64,000 nt of DNA from a virus, in IMG/VR virus record IMGVR_UViG_3300036893_000013, positions 1 through 64,000 of that record; one strand, 5' to 3'. A program made the translations under genes and the position numbers. The notes beneath the pieces were generated by a model. It was not told the origin of the DNA. It was given only the letters and a program-made list of their open reading frames with translations, and did no database searches. Shown piece after piece: positions 17,424-26,726 of this stretch (the stretch's first letter is position 1; every line of letters starts with the position of its first letter).

Positions 17424-18163
17424 TGTACGATATATACGAAGTTGTTTCGAATAATGCCTTATGCTCTGATATTATACGGGTGTTATTAAACCAAGGATTT
17501 CTCCGGAAAGTGGAGAGAACTGTAGCACCCCAAAAAGAGAATGTGCTGCTGCCAGTCTATGCCGAATCAGAGTGTACGTACTTAAGAAATGGATTACCCA
17601 TTGAATCTAGTATAGAGAGTATTGCCAAGGAGTTTATTGGTAAGGTAGAGGACCGTAAGCATTGGGGTAAAGACCTTAAGATAGCAGTTAAAGAATATGG
17701 TCATGATGAAGTACTTAAAGCATTTTATGAGTGGGCAATCAGTCAAGACAATTTCTTAGGTCCCAAACCTGTCTTTACTTTCTTAAAGAACATTGCTAGT
17801 GTAGTTGGAACGGTGAGTAAGCAAGTTAGTAGTCCCGCCCTTGTTAGGGTAGATCAAAGAGTGGCCTATGTGTCTGATAATAAAGTGTTTTTCTCGGGGG
17901 ACTTGCGATTTAGACTTTCACAGCTAATTAAGGACTATGGAGAAGAACTAGTAATCACAGCTTTTGAAACCTTTTATCAAGACGTAGAACCTAAAAACAT
18001 TAAGTGGGCGCATATGGAATTTATCAAACGTGCTCCAGTCATGATTGAAACAATAAAAACCCAGCGAGCAGAGCAAGCAAAACAAGCATTAATGGTGGCG
18101 CAAGGCTATACCAAGGCTAGAGAAGGTGTCATAGAAGAACTAGAAGAAGATGAGGACCTTTAA
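17423..18163 (+). CDS. Hypothetical protein with two internal helical repeats; possible replication initiator or loader
   Basis: AVKEYGHDEVLKAFYEW and LIKDYGEELVITAFETF; TAATG-coupled to primase-helicase. Confidence 0.5.
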   Translation: MYDIYEVVSNNALCSDIIRVLLNQGFLRKVERTVAPQKENVLLPVYAESECTYLRNGLPIESSIESIAKEFIGKVEDRKHWGKDLKIAVKEYGHDEVLKAFYEWAISQDNFLGPKPVFTFLKNIASVVGTVSKQVSSPALVRVDQRVAYVSDNKVFFSGDLRFRLSQLIKDYGEELVITAFETFYQDVEPKNIKWAHMEFIKRAPVMIETIKTQRAEQAKQALMVAQGYTKAREGVIEELEEDEDL

Positions 18164-20055
18164 TGGAAGGTAATATAAAAGCACACCCAGCACTACTTAG
18201 TATCTTTGCTTCTCGCCTACCCGGACTGCAAAAGAAGGATGGATCATACTGGGCGAATTGTATATTCCACGCAGAAAAAACCCCAAGTCTTACCGTAGGT
18301 AAAGATGATAGTGGAAGTTGGTGCTATCACTGCTTTGGCTGCGGAGTGGGGGGAGATGTAATTCAATTTGTAGAGGCTGTAGATAAAATATCATTCACAA
18401 AAGCTAAAGACTTAGTAGAAAAAGTTACCGGGGGTAGCTGGGAGGAAGCTAAAAAGAAAGTCGATGCTGTTTTCAAAAGGCTAGAAATAGATGATTCTAA
18501 ACCAGCTAGGAGATACTCCCTAGATGAGTATGTAAAATTTGAGATAGGATTATATGAATCTTCAGAAGCAAAAGATTGGCTGTTCAGAGAAAGAGGAATT
18601 ACCTATGAAACCGCACGAAAACTCCACTTCGGGTACTGTAAGGATTTGGCCCAACTCAACAGCAAGCCACGCTCGGATTTTGAACCAGTTAAGGAAAAAG
18701 GCTGGATTATTACCCCTGCGGTCGAGGGGCAAGAAGTCGTAGCTATAGAAGCCCGTAGTATGGTGGCTAAGCAGATAGCCCGTAAGCCGGGGATGGATTA
18801 TAAGATACTCTGGGGGACAGATTTTATCTCTTGGGAGGAACCGGTATATGTAGTCGAAGGTAAGTTTGATCAGGCGGTATTAATTCAAGCTGGCTATAGA
18901 GCCGTAAGTCTTTCTAACGCGGGTACTAAGATACCCCCGCAGCAGAGAGACATACTCATGTCAGCATCTGTAATTATCTTAGCTGGCGATAATGATGGGG
19001 GAGCCGGTACAGATACCATGATCAAGTTGTGGAACGAGCTTCAGGAACGAACGTATTTACTCATATGGCCTAAAGGCAAGAAGGACGCCAATCAAACGTT
19101 TCTAGAAACCTGTGATCGCAATATCGATGATTTTAGAAGGGTCGTAGACAGCCTAACTCTGACTGCCTACTCAAATCCTTCTCCCGGGATTAGAAGCATT
19201 CAGGACATTTTAAAAAAAGATCAATCAGAATCTGCTGAGTCGCGAGAGGATAGATTTAAATTTAGTATTAAGACCATAGATAGAATGGCAAATATCTTTC
19301 CGGGAGCTATTGTATATATTTCAGCTAGTTCAACAGGTTCCGGAAAAACAACATTTGTTTTGCAGGAAACCCTTAGGGCGGCTTTAAGAGGAGAAATTGT
19401 ACTCAATTATCAGACTCAACTACAGCCAGAAGAAGTGGGAAACATCGTAACCTCTAATCTGCTGGCTACGGATCGAAACGAATTGACTAGACAGGATAAA
19501 CTGAATGCAGCTAAAAGACTTAAGGATGTTCAGTATTACGTAGGCAACAATCCCAACCTAATAAAATCTGAAGAAATTTTGGACTTGATAGAAGCTGGGG
19601 TGAAGAGAGTTGGAGCAACGGTAGTCGTTGTGGACTTAATCCACGACATATGCTCAAACGATGCAGATGAATATAGGGCACAGACCCAAGCTATGAGAAG
19701 AATAAAACTAATGGCCCAAAAATACTTGGTGGTATTCTTCCTAGTTGGACAGCCTAGAAAAGTTGATTCAAAGTTGCTGGGTAAAGCGTTAGGTAATATA
19801 TATGAGAGTAAGGGTTCTGAAGCAATTCCTTCTGAATCAGATGTAGTTTATTACATGCACCGACAACCCGTCAAAGTTATGACAGAGGAAACAGAAGATA
19901 GTCTATCCCCCGAAGTTGAGATATGCACTAGAAAAGCAAGGAGTAGAGGAAAGGGATCGACTTTTACTAAAGTGTTCTTTTTAGGAAAGATAGCTACATT
20001 TAGAGAGATTGTTCCTATAGAGGAAGCTAAACCAGTGGATAAATTGGAGTTCTAA
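18163..20055 (+). CDS. Primase-helicase (CHC2 zinc finger, TOPRIM, DnaB-like)
   Basis: CIFHAEKTPS...YHCFGC; VVEGKFD, GDNDG, KDAN; Walker A TGSGKTT, VVD, GQPRK, KGSEAI, KAR. Confidence 0.88.
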   Translation: MEGNIKAHPALLSIFASRLPGLQKKDGSYWANCIFHAEKTPSLTVGKDDSGSWCYHCFGCGVGGDVIQFVEAVDKISFTKAKDLVEKVTGGSWEEAKKKVDAVFKRLEIDDSKPARRYSLDEYVKFEIGLYESSEAKDWLFRERGITYETARKLHFGYCKDLAQLNSKPRSDFEPVKEKGWIITPAVEGQEVVAIEARSMVAKQIARKPGMDYKILWGTDFISWEEPVYVVEGKFDQAVLIQAGYRAVSLSNAGTKIPPQQRDILMSASVIILAGDNDGGAGTDTMIKLWNELQERTYLLIWPKGKKDANQTFLETCDRNIDDFRRVVDSLTLTAYSNPSPGIRSIQDILKKDQSESAESREDRFKFSIKTIDRMANIFPGAIVYISASSTGSGKTTFVLQETLRAALRGEIVLNYQTQLQPEEVGNIVTSNLLATDRNELTRQDKLNAAKRLKDVQYYVGNNPNLIKSEEILDLIEAGVKRVGATVVVVDLIHDICSNDADEYRAQTQAMRRIKLMAQKYLVVFFLVGQPRKVDSKLLGKALGNIYESKGSEAIPSESDVVYYMHRQPVKVMTEETEDSLSPEVEICTRKARSRGKGSTFTKVFFLGKIATFREIVPIEEAKPVDKLEF

Positions 20056-20198
20056 TGGAAGTAAACTGGGAAGAACGTGCTAAAGCAGCAGAAGCACAGG
20101 TAGAGCAACTTAGAAAAGACTTTCGGCAGGTAATGGAACTCAATCTTAAGCTCTTAGAAATTAACGATAAACTATCAATAGCATTGGGGATGAAGTAA
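20055..20198 (+). CDS. 47-aa coiled-coil protein; not in ORF track
   Basis: MEVNWEERAKAAEAQVEQLRK...; TAATG overlaps on both sides. Confidence 0.6.
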   Translation: MEVNWEERAKAAEAQVEQLRKDFRQVMELNLKLLEINDKLSIALGMK

Positions 20199-20851
20199 TG
20201 GATGTTCTAGAAGGAATCGCAAAAAGTTTTTCATCAGAAGAACGTAAGGAAGCCCATGAGTTAGAGGAAAAGAAAGAGCATCTCATTAAGGCTATCGTAG
20301 CCGAGAAGACTAACATGGAGATGAACTTCGTTCGGTTAAGTAAGATAATCAATGAGATACGCCAGAAGAAGTATTGGCTGTTGACTAGCTATAAAAACTT
20401 CGGAGAGTATCTAGCTAACTGTGAGGATAAATTTGGGGTAGGGCATTCTCAGCTATATGTGGGTATGAAGATTGTCCGTAACCTACCGGATATTCCGGAT
20501 GAAGAGTTGGTGGCTATGGGAATCACCAAAGCCGGGGTGTTGAGTAAATATGTGGAACAATCAGGGCAAATGGTTCCTGACGATATCCTAGATACGGCTA
20601 AGACTAAGAAAGCAGATGAGTTACAAGCAATGGTAAATTCTAGACTACATAATGTTCTTCCGGAAAATGGAACTTGGCTTAACTTTGGCGGGTTCTTTTG
20701 TTCTGAAGATGAGAAGAAAGAAATTCAACAGGCCCTTATGGTGGCCGGTAATGTAGACCCAGTAGTTCCAAACAATATACCTAATTGGCAACAACTCAAA
20801 GAGAAGACCCTGAGGCTATGCCGAGAGTTCTTAGGAACTTACAGTGGGTAA
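20198..20851 (+). CDS. Hypothetical, probably DNA-binding protein
   Basis: Pattern EIRQKKYW...YKNFGEYL...FGVGHSQLY resembles phage HTH-like proteins. Confidence 0.5.
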   Translation: MDVLEGIAKSFSSEERKEAHELEEKKEHLIKAIVAEKTNMEMNFVRLSKIINEIRQKKYWLLTSYKNFGEYLANCEDKFGVGHSQLYVGMKIVRNLPDIPDEELVAMGITKAGVLSKYVEQSGQMVPDDILDTAKTKKADELQAMVNSRLHNVLPENGTWLNFGGFFCSEDEKKEIQQALMVAGNVDPVVPNNIPNWQQLKEKTLRLCREFLGTYSG

Positions 20852-21188
20852 AAGTGTTTTTGTGGAGATTGACCCAGACACCGAAGAACCAATCAGAATA
20901 CTTAAGACCAAGCAGGCGTATGATTTACCTTCCGAAGTGGTTAGAATGATGGCTAGGAGTGTTGCGGTAGGTCTAATACGAAAACAAGTAGTTAATAGAG
21001 CTAGAAAAAAGACCGGGATTTTTTGTGAATTTTGTGGAGCGGTATTGACAGAGAGTACCGGGGAAATGCACGAAGTACTATCTAGAGGCAATGGTGGGGA
21101 AGTTTCACTTGACAATTGCCGTTTTATATGTAATGATTGTCATACGAGGAAGCCTGATTCAGAGCATGGCGACCGACGTTGGCAATAG
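20844..21188 (+). CDS. HNH endonuclease
   Basis: CEFC...MHEVLSRGNGG...DNCRFICNDCH. Confidence 0.75.
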   Translation: MGKSVFVEIDPDTEEPIRILKTKQAYDLPSEVVRMMARSVAVGLIRKQVVNRARKKTGIFCEFCGAVLTESTGEMHEVLSRGNGGEVSLDNCRFICNDCHTRKPDSEHGDRRWQ

Positions 21189-21197
21189 TAAAGGAGA

Positions 21198-22514
21198 GTG
21201 ATGTTTAATACTTATGGAACTTCTAAAAATTTCGTTGATAAGGCTTTAATCGAAAACAAGCACGTGCTAGAAAAAGCGCTTGGCTCAAGAGATGAGTGGG
21301 AGATTTATACTGTAGAAGCCCAATCAGGTACCGGGTTAGATTGTATCTACAACGCGCTAAGTATTAAGATTTGTGGTAGTGATTTAGCGTTATTTAATAA
21401 AGCGGAACTTTCCCTACGACAAGATATCACTGACATACAGTTCATTGCTGGAAGTTGGTTTTATAGACACGAAGCATATATCACAAGTCGTAGGTCTGTA
21501 ATAGAGAAAAGAAGGGGCAATAAAGAAGGCTCTTTCGTAAAATGTAATTTTCGCGGTGTGGGTATGGTCTTCTTCGAGGTATGGATCATTTCTAGTATGG
21601 AAGGCCCTATCGTTTCTAATTATGTAGTCATAAATCGTAAAGATGCCGATAAACTTAAAAAGGAACTGAATGCTATAGTTTCTAGTTTCGAGTATAAGTA
21701 TACTATCATGACTTACGATTGCGATGGTTCCGGACAAATCAGAGTAGATCAAACCACGGGGTTGGAACAAAGTTGGGATAATTTGGTTCTTAATCAAGAA
21801 GTTCTTAACCTAGTGAAGAAAGATACGGAAAGCTTCATCGCTAGAAAAGCTTGGTTTATTAAGAACGATCTTCCTTTCCGGAGGGGCTATCTATTTCATG
21901 GACCTCCCGGGAACGGTAAGACTAGTGTAATCAAGACCTTGCTATCTAATCTTGATATGAATGCCTATAAGATTCGTTTGTTCAGCAAGACTGTCTCAGA
22001 TGCAGTTCTGGAGATGATGTTTAAAGATGCTCAGAGAAGCGGACCTAACGTGGTGGTTTTAGAGGATTTGGATAGGGCCTTTCCTAAAACCGGAGAGACC
22101 AGATCAACATTGGGTATGCACACTCTTCTTAACTGTCTGGATGGATTGGCTTCCCAAGAGGGAGTTATAACTATCGCTACAGCTAACGAGCCTACAATTC
22201 TTGATAAGGCGATTCTTAAGAGGCCCGGTAGGTTTGATAGGGTTGTTCTGTTCGACAATCCCGATGTAGAAACTAGACTTAAGTACTATTTGAAGAAGGC
22301 TCCGTACCTATCAAGTAAAGAACTAGAACCGGTTGCAGATACTACTATAGGATTCTCTTTTGCTCAATTGCAAGAGACTTACATCTTAGCCGGTCAATTG
22401 GCTTTTGAAAGAAATGAAGAGGAAGTAACAGCAGGGGATTTACATAACTGTGCTGGATTACTTAGAGGAAGTACCAATAGTGTAGGAGTGGGATCAGATA
22501 AGAGAGGATTTTAA
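21198..22514 (+). CDS. AAA+ ATPase (BCS1-like)
   Basis: RRGYLFHGPPGNGKTS, VLEDLD, LLNCLDG, TAN, LDKAILKRPGRFD. Confidence 0.88.
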   Translation: MMFNTYGTSKNFVDKALIENKHVLEKALGSRDEWEIYTVEAQSGTGLDCIYNALSIKICGSDLALFNKAELSLRQDITDIQFIAGSWFYRHEAYITSRRSVIEKRRGNKEGSFVKCNFRGVGMVFFEVWIISSMEGPIVSNYVVINRKDADKLKKELNAIVSSFEYKYTIMTYDCDGSGQIRVDQTTGLEQSWDNLVLNQEVLNLVKKDTESFIARKAWFIKNDLPFRRGYLFHGPPGNGKTSVIKTLLSNLDMNAYKIRLFSKTVSDAVLEMMFKDAQRSGPNVVVLEDLDRAFPKTGETRSTLGMHTLLNCLDGLASQEGVITIATANEPTILDKAILKRPGRFDRVVLFDNPDVETRLKYYLKKAPYLSSKELEPVADTTIGFSFAQLQETYILAGQLAFERNEEEVTAGDLHNCAGLLRGSTNSVGVGSDKRGF

Positions 22515-22726
22515 TGGCAGATATATCGCAAGCAGCATTGTGGTTAAATGAAGGAAAAAAAGTAAGAAACCCTGATATGCCCGAAGGAGAGTTTCTTTTT
22601 CGTAGGCCGGATAACTATATAGATTACTACTACTATATTACCGAGAGAGACCCAGGAGAAGCACTTTTCGAACCTCTTGACTTTCTCAGACTCGATTGGG
22701 ATATTTACGACGAGGAGAACGAATGA
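22514..22726 (+). CDS. Tad2/DUF2829-like small protein, candidate anti-defence sponge
   Basis: ISQAALWLNEGKKVR...FLF and C-terminal DFLRLDWDIY follow the family pattern (AL..LK.G..V.R...FLF...D.LA.DW.I). Confidence 0.55.
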   Translation: MADISQAALWLNEGKKVRNPDMPEGEFLFRRPDNYIDYYYYITERDPGEALFEPLDFLRLDWDIYDEENE

Positions 22727-23151
22727 CAGTTACTGTTGAGGAGTATGTAAAGATAGTAGATGATAAGGGACAGAACCATGTGGGGATTGCTATTGCTACT
22801 AACTTGGTAGCAATAAAGTCAGGGGAGGATATTATCTACGGGGCTGCGGTAGAAATGGATCACATACACACTACTATAGTTTGTGATAATCCACAGTGTG
22901 AAAACTCTACCGTGGATGATAACTTCCAGACCCATCCTAAACGAATTGAGTTTGACGAAAACAAAGAAAACTCAGCGGATTTTATTAAGGATTTAGCCGA
23001 GGTAACTATAACTACAGATTATAAGGGAGTTAAGTCGGTCTTCTGTAGTCCTCGCTGTGCTGCACACTTTCTGAAGAAACCAGCTAATGTATTGGAGTTT
23101 TCTTCCGGCAAGGGAACAAGGACATTCGATGGACTTCAAGACTCTAAATAA
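22723..23151 (+). CDS. Hypothetical zinc-binding protein
   Basis: CDNPQC and FCSPRC Cys pairs; AGGAG RBS. Confidence 0.55.
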   Translation: MTVTVEEYVKIVDDKGQNHVGIAIATNLVAIKSGEDIIYGAAVEMDHIHTTIVCDNPQCENSTVDDNFQTHPKRIEFDENKENSADFIKDLAEVTITTDYKGVKSVFCSPRCAAHFLKKPANVLEFSSGKGTRTFDGLQDSK

Positions 23152-23671
23152 GTGCATGATCTTAATCCAAGCTTGGAGAAGTCGTAAATCCAAGGAGGAC
23201 ATAGAGTGGCCAGATTCTAGGGACCCTGAACTTAAAGAAACGTTGGTAGAGTTCGGGGTAGTTCCTCAAGACCTAGAGAAAAGCATGGTGGTGTTGGCTG
23301 TATGGAGAGAAGCTGGGGAGGATATTTATCAGAAGTACAGTGTGATTACTAACGTAATTAAAAACCGGCAGGCTAAGGGATTGTACCGAAGTCATCTTTG
23401 TGCTTCAGACCTAGATCAATTTCCGTCTATGACCAACTCAGGTGATCACAGACTTAAAAAATATCCACTTGAAACTGAGAACCTTAAGAAGCTGTTAGAA
23501 AATCTAGACAACATTCTGGAGGGTAAGACGGTGGACCTGACTCAGGGGGCTACTTACTTTGGAGTAGTGGGAGAAGTGATGGACCTTTGGTTTAGAAATT
23601 TGATTGAATCAGGTGGCTATGAAAGAACTGTTCAAGTGGCAGGTCTCACGTTTTTCCGGGAGAAGAAATGA
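23129..23671 (+). CDS. SleB-like cell wall hydrolase
   Basis: VWREAG (catalytic E), VIKNR, DQFPSM, DLTQGATYF, VAGLTFFR. Confidence 0.65.
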   Translation: MDFKTLNKCMILIQAWRSRKSKEDIEWPDSRDPELKETLVEFGVVPQDLEKSMVVLAVWREAGEDIYQKYSVITNVIKNRQAKGLYRSHLCASDLDQFPSMTNSGDHRLKKYPLETENLKKLLENLDNILEGKTVDLTQGATYFGVVGEVMDLWFRNLIESGGYERTVQVAGLTFFREKK

Positions 23672-24561
23672 AAATTCACATGATGGCGGGTCTCCCCGCC
23701 TCCGGGAAGTCTACTGTGGCAAGAAAGATAGTCAAGCAAAACGGCAATGCCGCACGGGTTAACAGGGATGACCTTAGAGCAATGCTCTTTAACTCTGAGT
23801 GGTCTGGTAAAAGAGAGAAGGTAGTTATTGCGGTGGAGAAAGCAATAGCTAAAGTTCTGCTAGACTACAACTTAGATGCTATAATTGATGACACCAATCT
23901 TTCAGAAAAACACGAAGATATGTGGGCTAATTTAGCTGCTGATTTGGGTGTTCCTTTTAAGAAAGAATTCTTAAACGTAGATATGGAAGAGTGTATTCGA
24001 AGAGATGCTAATAGGGATAAACCTGTAGGTAGAAACGTCATTGTAAAGATGGCTGCTAAGAATGGATTAATACAGTGGCCGGATAAGGGTATTGTGCTTG
24101 TAGATATTGACGGCACCCTATCTCTATCCACGGGGAGGGAAAAGTATTTAGCGAGAGAAGTAAAAGACTGGCAAACTTATTTTAGTCTTTTGCATACAGA
24201 TGTTCCGGCTATTAATATTTTTAAGAGAGTAAAGGAACTTAGTGACTCCGGACATACAATTGTAATAGTATCAGGAAGAGGAGCCGAGTGGGAAGATGAT
24301 ACCCTAAAGTGGTTTGATAATGTATGGACTCCTAGCCCGTTTTTTCCGGAACTGGAAGTTCCTAAGTTTCCTATCTTTCAGTTCTTCTTCCGTAATGCCG
24401 GGGATCATAGACCGGATGAAATTATTAAACGCGAAGTACTGGACCTTCTACCCCGAAAGCCAGCATTGGTAATCGATGACCGTCCTAAAGTTTGCCGTAT
24501 GTGGGAAGAACAAGGATTAAATGTATATTGGGCTAGAGGAAGAGATATAGAGGAATTTTAA
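23668..24561 (+). CDS. pseT: Polynucleotide 5'-kinase/3'-phosphatase (T4 PseT-like)
   Basis: GLPASGKST, NRDDLR, IIDDTN; HAD motif DIDGTL, VSGR, IDDRPKV. Confidence 0.9.
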   Translation: MKIHMMAGLPASGKSTVARKIVKQNGNAARVNRDDLRAMLFNSEWSGKREKVVIAVEKAIAKVLLDYNLDAIIDDTNLSEKHEDMWANLAADLGVPFKKEFLNVDMEECIRRDANRDKPVGRNVIVKMAAKNGLIQWPDKGIVLVDIDGTLSLSTGREKYLAREVKDWQTYFSLLHTDVPAINIFKRVKELSDSGHTIVIVSGRGAEWEDDTLKWFDNVWTPSPFFPELEVPKFPIFQFFFRNAGDHRPDEIIKREVLDLLPRKPALVIDDRPKVCRMWEEQGLNVYWARGRDIEEF

Positions 24562-25688
24562 TGAAACTCCAAGAGTGGATTGATATAAGAGAGCTAGAGG
24601 AGTTAATCTCCGAGGGGTTAGTATCTGACAGACCCCATCCTTCTTTGCCTCTGCGAATTTTGAATTATACCCCGGCTGCTCAATCGGTTAAGGTCTGGAC
24701 TCCTACCCTTAGCCGGTGCCGGGGATTGGTTTATGAACTAGATACTAATGATATTTATGCAATACCTTTTTCTAAGTTCTGGAATTTTGGAGATTTAGCG
24801 CACGGCGCAGTTAAAGAAAACTTTCCTCCGGGAGAACCCGCTATTTATGAAAAGGTGGACGGGAGTTTAGGTATATTCTTTTTCTACAAGGGAGCGCCTA
24901 TTATTGCAACTCGGGGAAGCTTTGAGTCAGATCAGGCTAAGTGGGCGGATAATTGGCGCAAGAAGCATATGTTTGGCTGCCCCCTACACGATGACAGGAC
25001 GTATTTATTTGAAATAGTTTATCCCGAGGACAAGAAAGTAGTTAACTATCCTTATTCAGGATTAGTTTTGCTAGGAGCAATAGACCCCAACGGGGACGAA
25101 TGGCCTCCGGACTCTATAGTTGCTCAAACGGTCCTCAATTATTTTCCAGTAAAGATTGCTAAGAGATACGAATACCAAGAGCTAGAGAAACTTCAAGCCC
25201 AAGAGGAAGATAACGCCGAAGGATGGGTGGCAGTGTGGTATGGTCCTCCGGCATACAGAGTTAAGATCAAGTTGGAGAAGTATGTTCTTCTACACCGTAT
25301 GTACTTCCAGACTACTTCGGAAGTTGTGTGGGAATTGGTTAAAGCCGGGGAGTTTAAGGAAGTTAATTCTGTTCACAGGCTATTTGAAGGAGCAGACGAT
25401 ACTCTCAAAAAATGGGTAATGAATACCGCTGTGAATATATCTTTGAATTATGTAGATATAGATCAAAGAGCTAAACTTGACTTTAGAAACTGTATCGACT
25501 ATACTAACATTACCAGCTACGACGGTAATGAGAAGGAGCGAAGAAAGGCATTTGCCTTCTTAGCTACAAAGAAGGATAATCCGTCTTTGCTGTTCCTGCT
25601 TTATGACGGAGATTTTGTTAAGTACGAAGAGATGTTATGGAAGCTAGTTAAACCAGAAAATAAAAGATTTACGAAGGAGGAAGAATGA
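24561..25688 (+). CDS. RNA ligase 1 (T4 RnlA-like)
   Basis: CRGLV, PFSKFWN, motif I EKVDGSLG, ATRGSF, FEIVYP, EGWV, RVKIK. Confidence 0.88.
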   Translation: MKLQEWIDIRELEELISEGLVSDRPHPSLPLRILNYTPAAQSVKVWTPTLSRCRGLVYELDTNDIYAIPFSKFWNFGDLAHGAVKENFPPGEPAIYEKVDGSLGIFFFYKGAPIIATRGSFESDQAKWADNWRKKHMFGCPLHDDRTYLFEIVYPEDKKVVNYPYSGLVLLGAIDPNGDEWPPDSIVAQTVLNYFPVKIAKRYEYQELEKLQAQEEDNAEGWVAVWYGPPAYRVKIKLEKYVLLHRMYFQTTSEVVWELVKAGEFKEVNSVHRLFEGADDTLKKWVMNTAVNISLNYVDIDQRAKLDFRNCIDYTNITSYDGNEKERRKAFAFLATKKDNPSLLFLLYDGDFVKYEEMLWKLVKPENKRFTKEEE

Positions 25689-25966
25689 AAGCGTCAGGGT
25701 TAGTTGCAATTATATTGTGGCTAGGATGCAGTTACCTAACATATGGATTTACATTAGGAGCTTTTACACATGAGTTTCCGGATCAATATCACACAAGTTT
25801 TGCCGTAGCTTTTTCGATTGCCGGGCCGCTTGGTTTGTTCGCTGATGGGGTGCTCGACGGTTTCCGACATTGGAGAACAGTTCCATTGACAATGGAAGAA
25901 AGGTGGAAGATTTTTCATGATATGTATCCGATGTTGAGTAGAGAGTATTTCGACAGGAGAGATTAA
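25685..25966 (+). CDS. Membrane protein
   Basis: Two hydrophobic segments; ATGA overlap. Confidence 0.55.
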   Translation: MKASGLVAIILWLGCSYLTYGFTLGAFTHEFPDQYHTSFAVAFSIAGPLGLFADGVLDGFRHWRTVPLTMEERWKIFHDMYPMLSREYFDRRD

Positions 25967-25967
25967 T

Positions 25968-26129
25968 ATGTATGTAAAACTAGTAAAATGTGTTGTTTGC
26001 AAGCTTCTTATAGAAGACCCAGAAAGCGATTTATGCCCTGCGTGCATTAGTAAGACCCTTAGAGTCGTGGCTGTTTACCCCGAGATAAAGGAAACGGAAT
26101 TTCCAGATGAAGAAATACAAATCAGCTAG
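25968..26129 (+). CDS. 53-aa zinc-ribbon protein; not in ORF track
   Basis: AGGAG RBS; MYVKLVKCVVCK...LCPACISK. Confidence 0.55.
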   Translation: MYVKLVKCVVCKLLIEDPESDLCPACISKTLRVVAVYPEIKETEFPDEEIQIS

Positions 26130-26574
26130 GGACGGTCGCCTGCAAAGAAGGTTCGGAAGAACAGAAGAGGAGGTAGACAGAGTACTAAAACAGCAGAACG
26201 GGGTGTGTAAGATTTGCGGTAGTCCCCCCGGCAGGTCTTCCTTACATCTAGACCATGATCATAACATTGAAAAATGGAAGATAGATACAGATAAGGTTCT
26301 GATTGATAACAAGTACGTCTGGAGGGCTTGGCCCCGGACCCCCTTTAGCCTTCGATATTTCGAGGAATTCGGGGTTAGTAAACCAGAGGCTAGAGCTAAA
26401 GTTAAAGCGAAGCTGCTTCGCTTGAGTTCAAGAGGGTTGATTTGCTGGAGTTGTAATGCAGGACTACAAAAGTTCAGAGATGAACCAGAAAGGTTGTATC
26501 AAGCGGCAAAATACTTAGATAGATATTATGATTTTTTGACGGGGATAGGTAACGGAAACGGGTTTACGGAATGA
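26107..26574 (+). CDS. Endonuclease VII-like nuclease with internal insertion
   Basis: QQNGVCKICG, LHLDHDH, RGLICWSCNAGLQKFRD...AAKYL. Confidence 0.8.
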   Translation: MKKYKSARDGRLQRRFGRTEEEVDRVLKQQNGVCKICGSPPGRSSLHLDHDHNIEKWKIDTDKVLIDNKYVWRAWPRTPFSLRYFEEFGVSKPEARAKVKAKLLRLSSRGLICWSCNAGLQKFRDEPERLYQAAKYLDRYYDFLTGIGNGNGFTE

Positions 26575-26726
26575 GGACATATACAGTAGGAATAGAAGTG
26601 GATGATTATTCTGATTCAGATGGAGAAGATGTGGAAGAGTTTCTCCAACAATTGCTTGATGGGGAATTACCAGAAGGCTTACCCCCTGATATGAAGGCAC
26701 GAATTATAGAGGTTACAGAGTGGTGA
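26571..26726 (+). CDS. 51-aa acidic protein; not in ORF track
   Basis: ATGA overlap; MRTYTVGIEVDDYSDSDGEDVEEFL... Confidence 0.55.
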   Translation: MRTYTVGIEVDDYSDSDGEDVEEFLQQLLDGELPEGLPPDMKARIIEVTEW

